Position numbers and translations under genes: made by a program
Shown here: one piece after another, positions 29,622 to 40,079 of the stretch
Layout: each line of letters begins with the position of its first letter
Numbering within the stretch: position 1 is the stretch's first letter
The notes under the pieces: generated by a model
Database searches by the model: none
Told to the model about the DNA's origin: nothing
What the model saw: only the letters and a program-made list of their open reading frames with translations
IMG/VR virus record: IMGVR_UViG_3300020424_000003
Coordinates: 1 to 64,000 of that record
DNA from: a virus
DNA: 64,000 nucleotides
Strand: one strand, 5' to 3'

Positions 29622-29845
29622 CGATTAAAATTTTCGGGACGAGTCAGGTTACCTGCTATCATTCTTCCCCTGTTGTCAACAAGTTCGAATTCAAGTAACA
29701 TTTTATTAGATATGTTTTTGATCTGAGCCGCTTCAAAGGCACTGATGTGGACAAACACGTCTTGTGAATTGTCGTCAGGGGTGATGAAGCCGTAACCTTT
29801 TTTGGAGTCAAACCATTTTAGTTTGCCTGTGATTCTTTCACTCAT
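29618..29845 (-). CDS. cspA: Cold-shock domain protein
   Basis: GKLKWFD.KKGYGFI (RNP1), DVFVHIS (RNP2). Confidence 0.93.
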   Translation of the reverse strand: MSERITGKLKWFDSKKGYGFITPDDNSQDVFVHISAFEAAQIKNISNKMLLEFELVDNRGRMIAGNLTRPENFNR

Positions 29846-29984
29846 ATTTTTTTTATTTCTTCCTGTTTATAATGTAAAAGTAGTATTTTCCTACCTTAAT
29901 ATTTACCAAAATGTTACGGATAATTATCTGCATATAGATATAGCACGAACATATGGATCATGCTATACCTAATATGAATTGTTT

Positions 29985-30164
29985 TTATAATGAGTTTTTC
30001 TTTTCTTGGATTTCTTTTCTACGTTCTTTGGCAAGTTTACCCATGTTACCTAAGGCTTTTCTTGCTCTTGCCGCCGCCGCTTTTACTGACTTGCTTTCAA
30101 AAGATTCTGATTCTTTTATGTAGCTTTCGTACTCGGCAACTATTTGTTCATGTATACTGGACAT
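29985..30164 (-). CDS. Histone H1-like (Hc1-like) small basic protein (not in ORF track)
   Basis: MSSIHEQIVAEYESY..KAAAARARKALGNMGKLAKERRKEIQEKKNSL; AGGAG RBS. Confidence 0.7.
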   Translation of the reverse strand: MSSIHEQIVAEYESYIKESESFESKSVKAAAARARKALGNMGKLAKERRKEIQEKKNSL

Positions 30165-30251
30165 AATTATTCTCCTATATTCGTATGTAATTATTGTTTT
30201 AGGTGTTTGTAATGTGTATAATCTGGCTTATAGGCACCGTATTTGGCGAAA

Positions 30252-30542
30252 TTACCCTCCAGCAAATACGTTTGGTGAGCCTGCCGCAACCGAAGTACAC
30301 CCAGATATTGCGTCTCCAACCCTGCCCGTTCCTACATTATTGGTTTTGACTGTGGTTGATCCTGTGGCAATTGGTGCCGCGTGTGGTGGACATGGAACAC
30401 CTGGCAATAGGTGTGTGGTGTTGTTGTCACCTTGTCTTGAAACTGGAATGTTGTTTGCAAATACATTTGGAGAGCCCACTGCTCTAGTCATGCCTGTACA
30501 ATGTGTAACATCTGCATCACCTATTCTAGTTACTGCTGGCAT
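30252..30542 (-). CDS. PAAR-domain baseplate spike tip (gp5.4-like)
   Basis: MPAVTRIGD, GSPNVF repeats, RQGD/RVGD, His ligands. Confidence 0.9.
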   Translation of the reverse strand: MPAVTRIGDADVTHCTGMTRAVGSPNVFANNIPVSRQGDNNTTHLLPGVPCPPHAAPIATGSTTVKTNNVGTGRVGDAISGCTSVAAGSPNVFAGG

Positions 30543-30735
30543 AGTATCTCTCCCTTTTCATTAGTTCTTGTAACTTTGTATTCCATTGTTCGATCTCTTC
30601 ATGTTGTTCTTCTGTGTGAGGTTCTGGTGGAACCTCAGGTGCAAACTCTATCACATGATCAAATTCGTTTGGTATTTCATCATACTGTGTGTAGGTGACG
30701 AGTTTACCTTTGTCTTTTATAACAAACTTGTGCAT
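30526..30735 (-). CDS. Small phage protein adjacent to PAAR
   Basis: IPNEFDHVIEF.P..P.EPHT..QH. Confidence 0.6.
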   Translation of the reverse strand: MHKFVIKDKGKLVTYTQYDEIPNEFDHVIEFAPEVPPEPHTEEQHEEIEQWNTKLQELMKRERYYASSN

Positions 30736-30753
30736 ATTAATATTTATGTAAGA

Positions 30754-31074
30754 TTATTTACGAACAACGTCAGCCATGCCGGCTGGTGCTTGTACAATAC
30801 TGCTTGTCTGATTTGTGTATGCGTCTGCAAATTGTTTTGCTGTTTTGTGTATTAAAGTGATTGCACTATGCTTAATACTGTATGACAAAGCCATGTCGGC
30901 AGTAAATAAAAACTGTTGTAATCCTATACCTTTTTGGCCTGCGACTAATGTCAAAGGTTTGTTTACCTTGATCTTGGTGTCATCATCTGCTTCAAACTTT
31001 CCAACAAGCTCTTCGCCAGATGTAAGTTTAATAGTTATAACGTCTCCAACTTTATAAGGTGTTTCAATTAACAT
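30754..31074 (-). CDS. Sm-like fold phage protein
   Basis: GDVITIKLTSGEELVGK..VNKPL. Confidence 0.55.
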   Translation of the reverse strand: MLIETPYKVGDVITIKLTSGEELVGKFEADDDTKIKVNKPLTLVAGQKGIGLQQFLFTADMALSYSIKHSAITLIHKTAKQFADAYTNQTSSIVQAPAGMADVVRK

Positions 31075-31082
31075 TTAATCTC

Positions 31083-31367
31083 CTAGTGTGCATGGTTCAT
31101 TCCGTGTTGTTCCATGTGTTCTACTAATTGTTCATACCCTCCTACATACTTACCGTGCAGTATTATCTGTGGAGCAGTTCTTGGCATAGGTAATCCGTTC
31201 ACTTCAAACTCTTTCATAAGTGTTTCTACTTGGATATCCTTTCCAATAATGCTTTCCTGATATGGAATGTTCTTGCTTTGCAATAATGCTTTTGCTTTTA
31301 CACAAGAAGGACAGTTAGGTTTACTATAGACGACGGTAGTGCTAGGAGTAGCTTGTCTAGTTTCCAT
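31083..31367 (-). CDS. Glutaredoxin
   Basis: YSKPNCPSC, RTAPQI, YVGGY. Confidence 0.9.
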   Translation of the reverse strand: METRQATPSTTVVYSKPNCPSCVKAKALLQSKNIPYQESIIGKDIQVETLMKEFEVNGLPMPRTAPQIILHGKYVGGYEQLVEHMEQHGMNHAH

Positions 31368-32470
31368 TATAATTTAAATCCTTTTAATTTATCTTTGTTT
31401 ACGTCTTGTTTGATTCCGCCAACGATGTAGCTTTCAACTTCAGTTTCTTGTGGTGCAACCTGAAGTCCTGCTGAACTCAACCAATGTTGTGTCCATGGTA
31501 AAGGGTTTTGTGTGGTTGGTGTATCAAAGATTGGTTTGTAACCTAATGCTTTTAATCTTCTATTGGCAATATATTCTACATAACTGCCTAACAGTCTTTC
31601 ATTCAATCCAATGATTGATCCGTCTTTCATTAAGTATTTTGCCCAAGCCTTTTCTTCTTCAACACAGGCTTTCCACATTTCATAAACTTCATCTTCACAC
31701 TCTTTGGCAATCTTTGCCATGTCTGGATCATCTTCTCCACGCATCCAGTTCTTTAATACGTGTGAACTTAATGCAAGATGTTGTGCTTCATCTCTTGCAA
31801 TCAAAGAAATAATCTTAGCTGAACCTTCCATAAGTTTCAGTTCGCCAAATGCAAAGGTACAAGCAAATGAAACATAAAATCTTAAACCTTCTAAGATGTT
31901 TACGTTCATCATTGCTAGATACATTTTCTTTTTAACATCTAACATTGTGCCTTTTTTCAAATGTGTAAACTTGTCTGCGGCTTCTGTAAACGCATCATAG
32001 TTTTTGGTTACAGAAATAGCTCTTTCAATAATTTTGTCATCATCTAAAATAGTATCTAATACTTCACTTGGATCAGCATAGACATTTTTCATGATGTGTG
32101 TGTATGAACGTGAATGGATTGTTTCAAAGAAATCCCAAGTAACAATACAACCTTCTAGTTCTGGAATACTTACGTGTGGTAGAAAAGCCAAGCATGGACC
32201 TCTACCCTGTACACTATCTAATAGTGTTTGATATTTTAAGTTTGATGTGAATATATGTTTCTGTTCAGGACGAAAGTTCGCATAGTCTGATCTGTCTTTT
32301 TGCAGACTTACTTCTTCAGGTCTCCAAAAATAACCTAACATAGTTTGATTAAGTTTGTCAAACACAGGGAACTTGAATACATCATATCTCTGTGTGTTCT
32401 GGTCTGCTCCAAAAAACATATATTGCTTTGTGAAGTCAATTTTTTCTCTATTAAAAACTGTCTTTGCCAT
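31367..32470 (-). CDS. nrdB: Ribonucleotide reductase class Ia beta subunit
   Basis: FWRPEEV, ETIHSRSY, LEGLRFYVSF, RDEAQH, VAPQETE. Confidence 0.97.
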   Translation of the reverse strand: MAKTVFNREKIDFTKQYMFFGADQNTQRYDVFKFPVFDKLNQTMLGYFWRPEEVSLQKDRSDYANFRPEQKHIFTSNLKYQTLLDSVQGRGPCLAFLPHVSIPELEGCIVTWDFFETIHSRSYTHIMKNVYADPSEVLDTILDDDKIIERAISVTKNYDAFTEAADKFTHLKKGTMLDVKKKMYLAMMNVNILEGLRFYVSFACTFAFGELKLMEGSAKIISLIARDEAQHLALSSHVLKNWMRGEDDPDMAKIAKECEDEVYEMWKACVEEEKAWAKYLMKDGSIIGLNERLLGSYVEYIANRRLKALGYKPIFDTPTTQNPLPWTQHWLSSAGLQVAPQETEVESYIVGGIKQDVNKDKLKGFKL

Positions 32471-32532
32471 CTTTTTCTCTTTCTACTCTTCTACTCTCTT
32501 TAAATTAACATCACTTTGCAAATACGTCAACC

Positions 32533-34878
32533 TTAAATTGCACATGATTCACAAACTTCATCCTCATCTTCAGCCTTTACTTGACTGTCTGTTAAACCAA
32601 CTTGTGGTTCAAATGGTTTTTCTTTATAAGCGATCTCAGTTTTGATTTCATCTTCACTAGGATCAGTCTTAAAGTCATATGTGTTTTGGTAATAAGAAGT
32701 TTTCCAACCATACTTATAAGTGGTTAGCATATCTTGTAGCATAACACTCATTGGCACTTCATTGTTTTCGAAGTGTGTAGGATTGTAACTCCAGTTACCT
32801 GAAATTGCCTGATCAAAAAACTTTTGCATCACTGCAACAATTTTTATATAACCCTCATTACTTGGCATATCCCATAATAACGTATAGTTATTCTTTAACG
32901 TTTGATACTGTGGAACAATCTGCTTAAGAGGCCCTTTTTTTGACTTCTTAATGGACAAGAACCCTCTAGGTGGTTCGATTCCGTTTGTTGCGTTCGACAC
33001 AATGGAACTGCTCTCCGAAGGCATCTGTGCGGACAATGTTGAGTGCCGTAGACCGTGAAGTCCAATGCTCTTGCGAAGATCATCCCAGTCATATTTTAAC
33101 GTGATCGAACAAACTTCGTCCAGTTCCTTTTTGTATGTATCAATTGGTAATATACCATCACTGTATTTAGTACGATCAAAATATTCACACTTGCCTTTTT
33201 CCTGTGCTAATTTATTACTTGCTACCAATAGATAGTATTGAAATGCTTCTGTTAGCTCATGCACTTTAGTAAGTGCTTTTTTATCATTATACTTAACACC
33301 ATTCTTTGCAAGGTAATGTGCAAGTCCAATATATCCAACACCAAGACTTCTTCTTGCTTTGGTTGAAACTTCTGCGGCTTTCACAGGATAACGTTGGTAG
33401 TCAATAACTTCGTCTAATGCTCTAACTGCCAAGTCACATAAATCTTCTAACTCCTCAAGATCTTTTAATACACCAACATTGATTGCAGATAAAATACAAA
33501 GTGCTATCTCACCGTCAGGATCATCAATGTGTTGCAATGGTTTAGTTGGCAAAGTAATCTCTTGGCAAAGGTTGCTCATGTAAACAGGATCTTTGAAAGA
33601 GCTGTGTGTGTTTGCATGATCAACATTCATGATATATATTCTTCCTGTTTCTGCACGTTCTTTTATTAATGCAGAAAACAATTCCATTGCTTTGATCTTC
33701 TTTTTCTTAATTGAAGTTTTGCGTTCATATTTTTCATACAGTTCTTGGAACTTTTCTTGATCTGCATAAAATGAATCATATAACTCTGGAACATCATGTG
33801 GAGAAAATAAAGTTATCTCTTCGTCATTTAAAAGTCTTTCATACATGACTTTGTTTAATTGAATTGAATAATCTAATCTTCTTACTCTGTTATCTTCTGT
33901 TCCTTTGTTATTCTTTAGCACTAGGATATCTTCTATCTCATAATGCCAAAAAGGAAAGTGTGTTGTTGCATTACCACCACGTACTCCATTCTGTGTGCAA
34001 CATCTTACAGTTGATTCGAATTTTTTAAGAAAAGGAATTACTCCTGTGTGTGCAACCTCACCACCTCTAATTTTAGAATTGATGGCTCTGATTCTTCCTG
34101 CATTGATTCCAATACCTGCTCTCTGTGCCGTGTATCTTCCTATGGCCATATCGCTAGAAAAAATGCTGTCAAGTGTATCATCTATGTCCACTAATACGCA
34201 AGAAGCAAATTGTCTCAACGGTGTTCTCACACCTGCCATAATGGGAGTAGGAATATTAATTTTAAATAATGATGTTGCGTCATAGTATCTTTTTACTATA
34301 GACATTCTTTTATCTTTAGGATAATCTGCAAATAGTGTTGCCGCAATCATCATGTACATCACTTGTGGTGATTCATGTATGTCACCTGTGCTTCTATCTT
34401 GCACAAGATATTTGTCAACAATTTGTCTCAGTCCTGCATAGGTAAAATTTTCATCTCTACTATGTTTGATCCAACTATTCAACTTCTTTAATTCTGTTTG
34501 TGTATATTTTTCTTTGATAGCAGGGTCGTATACGCCTCTATCAATATTTCTATCTATTATTTTTGTAAGCGGAATAGGAGTGTATTGTCCAAACGTTTCT
34601 TTGTAAATCGGATATAACAACAATCGTGCCGCAACATATTGATAATTGGGGTTATCCAATGTGATCAAATCGTTAGATGATTTAATTAATATTTCTTGTA
34701 TTTCTTCTGTTGACATTCCATCATAAAATTGTATGTTCGCAGTCATCTCAACTTGCGAAGCACTAACATTTGATAGTCCTTCACAGGCTTCTTCTACTAC
34801 AAAATGAATTTTATTGATGTCTAATGGTACACTTGTTCCGTCACGTTTAATGATATGAATTCCGACGCCGTTTGACAT
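32533..34878 (-). CDS. nrdA: Ribonucleotide reductase class Ia alpha subunit
   Basis: ATP-cone, QFASCVL, SNLCQEI, C-terminal CESC. Confidence 0.97.
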   Translation of the reverse strand: MSNGVGIHIIKRDGTSVPLDINKIHFVVEEACEGLSNVSASQVEMTANIQFYDGMSTEEIQEILIKSSNDLITLDNPNYQYVAARLLLYPIYKETFGQYTPIPLTKIIDRNIDRGVYDPAIKEKYTQTELKKLNSWIKHSRDENFTYAGLRQIVDKYLVQDRSTGDIHESPQVMYMMIAATLFADYPKDKRMSIVKRYYDATSLFKINIPTPIMAGVRTPLRQFASCVLVDIDDTLDSIFSSDMAIGRYTAQRAGIGINAGRIRAINSKIRGGEVAHTGVIPFLKKFESTVRCCTQNGVRGGNATTHFPFWHYEIEDILVLKNNKGTEDNRVRRLDYSIQLNKVMYERLLNDEEITLFSPHDVPELYDSFYADQEKFQELYEKYERKTSIKKKKIKAMELFSALIKERAETGRIYIMNVDHANTHSSFKDPVYMSNLCQEITLPTKPLQHIDDPDGEIALCILSAINVGVLKDLEELEDLCDLAVRALDEVIDYQRYPVKAAEVSTKARRSLGVGYIGLAHYLAKNGVKYNDKKALTKVHELTEAFQYYLLVASNKLAQEKGKCEYFDRTKYSDGILPIDTYKKELDEVCSITLKYDWDDLRKSIGLHGLRHSTLSAQMPSESSSIVSNATNGIEPPRGFLSIKKSKKGPLKQIVPQYQTLKNNYTLLWDMPSNEGYIKIVAVMQKFFDQAISGNWSYNPTHFENNEVPMSVMLQDMLTTYKYGWKTSYYQNTYDFKTDPSEDEIKTEIAYKEKPFEPQVGLTDSQVKAEDEDEVCESCAI

Positions 34879-34927
34879 TCTCAATAACTCCTGTTAATTT
34901 TTAATCTACTACGTGATGATATTGTAT

Positions 34928-35353
34928 TTATTGTAATGCTGGCATCGTGTAAATGCGTTGTGAAACAAAATTTGTGGGTAAGTCACTCTTTTGAACAACT
35001 TCATTGTACTTGTAACACAAAACGTAATTTCCAATACAAACAGGATAACATAATTCATCTTCTTCGTAGTCCTTAACTATATGTATCTCGAATTTGTCTC
35101 GAGAAAACCTATTAGTTAATTGTAAAGTGTAACATACTCCAAGGCTGTTTGTCAAGTCGCAAATGCTGTTTTGAGCGAGAAGTTCCCATGGAGTGGGCCA
35201 AGTGTCCATATTCCACGGATCTACACTCAGTTTACTCCTTGCCAACTTGTTGTAATAGTTTATTACGTCCTGAAAAGGATTGAGACTTACCTCTAGTTGT
35301 TTTCTAAATTGTGTCCAGTTAACGAGTTTAAGCTCGTAATTGTTGTGGGGCAT
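34928..35353 (-). CDS. Hypothetical protein
   Basis: WPTPWELL motif; follows the tail gene. Confidence 0.55.
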   Translation of the reverse strand: MPHNNYELKLVNWTQFRKQLEVSLNPFQDVINYYNKLARSKLSVDPWNMDTWPTPWELLAQNSICDLTNSLGVCYTLQLTNRFSRDKFEIHIVKDYEEDELCYPVCIGNYVLCYKYNEVVQKSDLPTNFVSQRIYTMPALQ

Positions 35354-35354
35354 A

Positions 35355-36983
35355 TTAAGTTTTGTATCTTAATTTAAATAATATGTCACCTGTGTCAGAC
35401 GTTGTCGTGTTCTTCATTGAAATTACAACTGTGTCGTTAGTTGCATCACTGTTTTCATCTGCAAGTGCAACGGAAAATTCTATATTGGTAGCATAACTGC
35501 TACTTCCAAGATATGTGTAGTCATCTGTAACAGATGCAGTACCATCAGCTAGGTTAACCAATATGTCTAGTTTACCTTCTCTGACTGCATTTACTTGACT
35601 TGATTTGTAAATGTATTCTACTTCTACATTTCTTGTAGCATAACCTGGACATCTTAAAACTCTTACTGCTGAGTTTTGTTGTGTCACCGGAAATCTATAA
35701 CTGTATGAATTATCAAACACTCCAGGGCCTTCTACTTCCGGAATGTATCTGTATCCTGAAATAAAGTTTTGATTAAAACTAAGGTCGCTTGTTCTTGTAA
35801 AAAAGTCATCAGTTGAATAATTGCTAAGAGCAGTACCATCTGTAAATTTTATAATGCTGTGTGATGCGTTTCCTTCATTACCACCATTGTTTCCTACACT
35901 TGTAAACCTGTTGTTGTTTGAACTGTTGAAGTTTCCTTTGTGTATGAAAATTCCTTGTTGGTCAATGTCATGAAACTCACAGTTTGTAAATGCGTTTCTT
36001 TGTGGACCTGTTGCCATACCTTGTTGTCCAATGGTTGTGTTGGCTCCAAAGTATACTCCGTAACTTAACGTGTCAAACTCACACTTGTCAAATGTATTTT
36101 CTACCACATCAAAATCTGAAACAACACCTGTACCAAATCCTTTTATCTTAACATTCTTAAATTTGTTTCTATTACAACTTACCGCAGTTGATAAACTGTT
36201 CATTCTAATTGCATTCTGATTGGCACCTGCGGCTGTACCACTTGTCCAACCACCTTGAATAATAAGATCTTCAAAGGTACTTTCTTTACATGAAACCAAA
36301 CTAATTCCTAAGTTTGTTGTATTCTGTATGATAGTAAATCCTTTTAATAAAATTTTCTGTGCTTGATTAAGTGTTGTGCTTGAACTGTCTTGTGCATAAC
36401 TTCCTGGTGTTGAACCTGAATTTACAGTTTCAAACACAGGTGCATTTCCACCTTGTGTAATTTTTACTTTGTCTTGTCCTGCACCAACGATAGTTGTATA
36501 AGGTGGCAGTTTTAAACTTGCAGACAATAAGTATTCACCTGCTGGTATTTCTAATGTAACTCTACTTGCAGTTGATCCTTTGGTTGCACTATTTAAATAA
36601 AGCTGGTCAATGGCTCTTTGCATAACCACTGTTTGATCTGAACCATCACCTGATGCTCCAAATGATTTAACACTTACTTTTTCATCTAATCTTTCTTGTA
36701 GTGTTCTTGCCACAGGTAACATTGAAGTTGTGCCTGTTTGCATTGTAGCAACGTTCTTTTGAAATGTGTATTGATCTGCGAAACTGAACAAGTTATCATG
36801 TTCTGTTAGTATCTTGCTATTACCTACTGCTGGAGATCCTTCTGAAACTGAACCATTACCTATGTACAGTTCACGTGTGTCTACTGCCCAACCAAACTCA
36901 CCACCTGCTAGTTGTGGAATGCCTGAGCCAACATTTTTTTGACCTCTACGTACTTGAATTCTTGATATTTGTACTATTGCCAC
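35355..36983 (-). CDS. Tail fibre/spike with Mtd-N-like N-terminus and pectate-lyase-like beta-helix
   Basis: ISRIQVRRG..QLAGGEFGWAVDTRELYIGNG; VSVKSFGASGDG.D. Confidence 0.75.
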   Translation of the reverse strand: MAIVQISRIQVRRGQKNVGSGIPQLAGGEFGWAVDTRELYIGNGSVSEGSPAVGNSKILTEHDNLFSFADQYTFQKNVATMQTGTTSMLPVARTLQERLDEKVSVKSFGASGDGSDQTVVMQRAIDQLYLNSATKGSTASRVTLEIPAGEYLLSASLKLPPYTTIVGAGQDKVKITQGGNAPVFETVNSGSTPGSYAQDSSSTTLNQAQKILLKGFTIIQNTTNLGISLVSCKESTFEDLIIQGGWTSGTAAGANQNAIRMNSLSTAVSCNRNKFKNVKIKGFGTGVVSDFDVVENTFDKCEFDTLSYGVYFGANTTIGQQGMATGPQRNAFTNCEFHDIDQQGIFIHKGNFNSSNNNRFTSVGNNGGNEGNASHSIIKFTDGTALSNYSTDDFFTRTSDLSFNQNFISGYRYIPEVEGPGVFDNSYSYRFPVTQQNSAVRVLRCPGYATRNVEVEYIYKSSQVNAVREGKLDILVNLADGTASVTDDYTYLGSSSYATNIEFSVALADENSDATNDTVVISMKNTTTSDTGDILFKLRYKT

Positions 36984-37006
36984 TGCATAACTCCTTATAG
37001 TTATAT

Positions 37007-37687
37007 TTATGCAAACTGGTCATAGTATAGATACACCCTATCCCACCATTTAGACTCCCATGATTTAAATTCATCTGGGTATATGTCAAATTGTTGATAT
37101 TCATTGTTTCTACTGCACATAAACACATGGCCTTCCTGTATATTAGTGCCATATATTTCGTTGTGTGCTAGGGCATAGGCAGTGAGCTGAAGTTTGTAAT
37201 CTTCTACCCATTCTTCTTTCTTAGGCTTGTTTGTTTGTTTAAAGTCCATGATGCTTTCCGCACCGTTAAAGACGCCTACGAGGTCTGTAGTGCCGGCGTA
37301 AATCTTAGGATGGTATAATTGTACCTCAGACCCCCATATTTCGTCTATTTTACTTAATGCTTTGTCTTTTATGGTCGTTGCCATCTTGTTTGCTTGTTGG
37401 CTGTAAGGGTTTGATCCAGCAGATGGCCAGTTGCCTGTTTCAACATAATCTTCAAGAAATTTGTGCATACGTGTTCCTATACTAGCGGCCTCTGTTGCTA
37501 TTTCGTTTGCCTTTGTTTCACCAACCCTTTTACGCCATTCTATCAAAGAAGTTTTGTCCTTTGTTTTATCTAGTATGGTTGTAACACTTGCAACACTATT
37601 GCCATCTGGACAAGCATAAAGTCTTTTGCCATTGACACTTTCTTTTTTAATTTCTTCGTAGTTGAACTTTTTAATTAGTAGTGTCAT
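37007..37687 (-). CDS. PD-(D/E)xK exonuclease
   Basis: SVTTIL, GTRMH, YAGTTD, IMDFKQ, QLTAYALA. Confidence 0.85.
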   Translation of the reverse strand: MTLLIKKFNYEEIKKESVNGKRLYACPDGNSVASVTTILDKTKDKTSLIEWRKRVGETKANEIATEAASIGTRMHKFLEDYVETGNWPSAGSNPYSQQANKMATTIKDKALSKIDEIWGSEVQLYHPKIYAGTTDLVGVFNGAESIMDFKQTNKPKKEEWVEDYKLQLTAYALAHNEIYGTNIQEGHVFMCSRNNEYQQFDIYPDEFKSWESKWWDRVYLYYDQFA

Positions 37688-38189
37688 CTGCTTTCCATTT
37701 CGCTTTAAAATTAATAACCAACACACTTCTATCATTTGCACTAGGATAAGTTAAATGGTTTACATTGCCATTCAATATAACAAGTTTGCCTGGTGCGGGT
37801 TTGATTTCTATGTGTTGTACTTCTGTGTTTGGATGTCCTAATAAAGTTACAAGACTGCCATCTGATTCAGCAAAATACATCACTGTGCTAATTAATGATT
37901 CTTCATTTGTATGGTTATGTACTTTTTGATATCCGTGTGGTTTGTAATCTATGTACCAACTGTGTACTGCATTAATTTCTTCAATTGGAATATTATTTTC
38001 TTGTAGTTTCTTTAATGTAAAATCATAGAATCCTAAAGATATGTTATTAATATCACAGGTGTTTTGTGTTCTGTCATCATAGTCTGTGGTTTCCACAAAA
38101 CTTCTAATCATTACGTGTTTGATGTTTTCCCAATCAGGATACTTTGTTTCTATGACAAATTGTCCAGGTGCAAAATAACTATTTTCCAT
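37671..38189 (-). CDS. Putative 2OG-Fe(II)/cupin oxygenase
   Basis: W..DY..GYQ.VHNH, PGKLVIL..H..YP, R.VLV. Confidence 0.7.
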   Translation of the reverse strand: MENSYFAPGQFVIETKYPDWENIKHVMIRSFVETTDYDDRTQNTCDINNISLGFYDFTLKKLQENNIPIEEINAVHSWYIDYKPHGYQKVHNHTNEESLISTVMYFAESDGSLVTLLGHPNTEVQHIEIKPAPGKLVILNGNVNHLTYPSANDRSVLVINFKAKWKADDTTN

Positions 38190-39039
38190 CTTTCATCCAG
38201 TCATGTCTATCAGGGTCTAATTTATGCACCATGCCTGGAATAGGCTCATCAGGAGCAAAGTATTCAAAGTCAAAGTCAACAACAAATGTTCTACGTGGTT
38301 TCTTTGCAGGATATACACCATGCCATACTCTGCCGTCAAGTATTACAGTTCTACCTGGATAAGGACCAAACTGTGTCATTAACTGTGAACCATCTGGATT
38401 AGGCATCAAAGTATAAAGCATACCATTGTCTGCAGATTGTTCATTGGTTCCTGTTGTAGGTTGGGCATCCATTGCCATTACCATACTAATACACATTGGA
38501 CCGTGATTGTGTATTGCTTGATAACCTCCATCGTTATAATCAACACACCAACACTTGCTTACCTTTATTGATTTAATAGGAACACGATTACGTCTAATTT
38601 GTGACATGACCCATTTCAATAGTTTGTCCCAATTGATATTGTCAAACTTGTTTTGATCAATGGGTGGAAAGTTAGATCCAGGATTAGCAGGGTTAACTTC
38701 AAATTCTGTTTCGTTCAGTGTTTGTGAACTTGGAAATCCTACTTGCTCTGGCGTGTCTGGATTCATCTTATCCGAACGCACTACATTGCCTCCCCATTCA
38801 GGTAAGTTCTTAGGAGTCACATCATATTGATATCCTCTGAAAGTAGTTTTAATTTTGCTTTCGTCTTCGCCTCTGTATTCTTCGTTCTCAAATAACTTTA
38901 AAAAATCTTCATAGAATGGACACTTGACATCAATTATCCATTGGTTCATTGCACTATGAAATTCTGTGTTTGAATTAGGATTTACGTTTGGAGTACCTTC
39001 ATATGGATCCGGAGCCATGTGTTCTGTCTTCTCAACCAT
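38179..39039 (-). CDS. Putative 2OG-Fe(II)/cupin oxygenase
   Basis: WCVDYNDGGYQAIHNH, PGRTVILDGRVWHGVYP, RRTFV. Confidence 0.7.
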   Translation of the reverse strand: MVEKTEHMAPDPYEGTPNVNPNSNTEFHSAMNQWIIDVKCPFYEDFLKLFENEEYRGEDESKIKTTFRGYQYDVTPKNLPEWGGNVVRSDKMNPDTPEQVGFPSSQTLNETEFEVNPANPGSNFPPIDQNKFDNINWDKLLKWVMSQIRRNRVPIKSIKVSKCWCVDYNDGGYQAIHNHGPMCISMVMAMDAQPTTGTNEQSADNGMLYTLMPNPDGSQLMTQFGPYPGRTVILDGRVWHGVYPAKKPRRTFVVDFDFEYFAPDEPIPGMVHKLDPDRHDWMKDGK

Positions 39040-39712
39040 TTACTACCTTTCTCAGTTGTGATTTAGGAACATCAATGTGTCTTTTATCACACTCTGTATC
39101 TATCACACAAATGTTGCACTTGGGCTTTTTACTTTTGCACACTCTTTTTGCATGAGTTATAAGTTGCATATGAGCGGCGTACTTGTACTTATCGGGTGTA
39201 GATTCGTTGACAACAATACTTGACTTGCCTTCATCTAAACTATCTGTCCAACCCAATCTCCACAACAATCTAAACACATGAGTATCAACTGCTATGTAAG
39301 GTTTATTAAACACAAACCTCATTACAATGTCAGATGACTTTTTACCTACACCTGGTAACTTCATTAGTTCTTTTTGTGTGTCAGGAACACGACCATCGTA
39401 CTCCTCTAATAATTTTTTACTTGTTGCAAGAATGTTTTTGCTTTTTGCATTATATAATCCTGCAGGCTTGATTGCTTCTATCACTTGTTCCTGTGTGAGC
39501 TTTATCATTTCTTGTGGAGTTTCAGCTAATGCAAATAATTGTTTACAAGCCACAGCCGTTCTTGCATCTTGGCTTTGTGCTGACAACATAACTCCTATTA
39601 AACTTTGATAAGCTCTGCTATGAATCTTTGCGGCAGGCTTGGCGTTCCTATACTTAGGCCAATAGTCAGAAAGTCTTTCGTAAATTGTTTCAATCTGTTT
39701 TTGTGTTTTCAT
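39032..39712 (-). CDS. nth: Endonuclease III (HhH-GPD, 4Fe-4S)
   Basis: LSAQSQD, LPGVGKK, VDTHVFR, C-x6-C-x2-C-x5-C. Confidence 0.92.
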   Translation of the reverse strand: MKTQKQIETIYERLSDYWPKYRNAKPAAKIHSRAYQSLIGVMLSAQSQDARTAVACKQLFALAETPQEMIKLTQEQVIEAIKPAGLYNAKSKNILATSKKLLEEYDGRVPDTQKELMKLPGVGKKSSDIVMRFVFNKPYIAVDTHVFRLLWRLGWTDSLDEGKSSIVVNESTPDKYKYAAHMQLITHAKRVCKSKKPKCNICVIDTECDKRHIDVPKSQLRKVVNG

Positions 39713-40079
39713 CTGTGGTTGGCTCTTGTTCTAGTTCATCTAACATTTCATCATATGACTTGCCTGGATTTTCCCAACTGCTATACATATTAGGTTCTTG
39801 TGTATAGTAAGGATCATTAAAGTTGGGATCATCAACTCCTTCTACTGCATTAACTTCAGGTATGTAATGCTTCAACATATTTTCTACACCAAGTTTCAAT
39901 GTTACTGAACTACTAGCACAACCAGAACAAGCACCTGACATAAGCATCAATGCAACGCCTGTGTCCATATCAAAGTCTTGTAACTTAACAACACCACCGT
40001 GCATCTCTACACTAGGTTGTATGTTCTTTTCAACTATTGAATTTATCTCTTCAACTATTTGTTCTTTTGTTCTACTCAT
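39690..40079 (-). CDS. NifU C-terminal/Nfu Fe-S carrier
   Basis: IQPSVEMHGG, GACSGC..S..TLK.GVE..L. Confidence 0.88.
   Translation of the reverse strand: MSRTKEQIVEEINSIVEKNIQPSVEMHGGVVKLQDFDMDTGVALMLMSGACSGCASSSVTLKLGVENMLKHYIPEVNAVEGVDDPNFNDPYYTQEPNMYSSWENPGKSYDEMLDELEQEPTTDENTKTD

Noticed and set aside
31367-34884. Possible intron or intein in nrdA/nrdB
   Set aside because: Both ORFs are continuous and of normal length
35355-36983. Diversity-generating retroelement target (Mtd-like N-terminus)
   Set aside because: No reverse transcriptase or TR/VR repeat pair seen in the window
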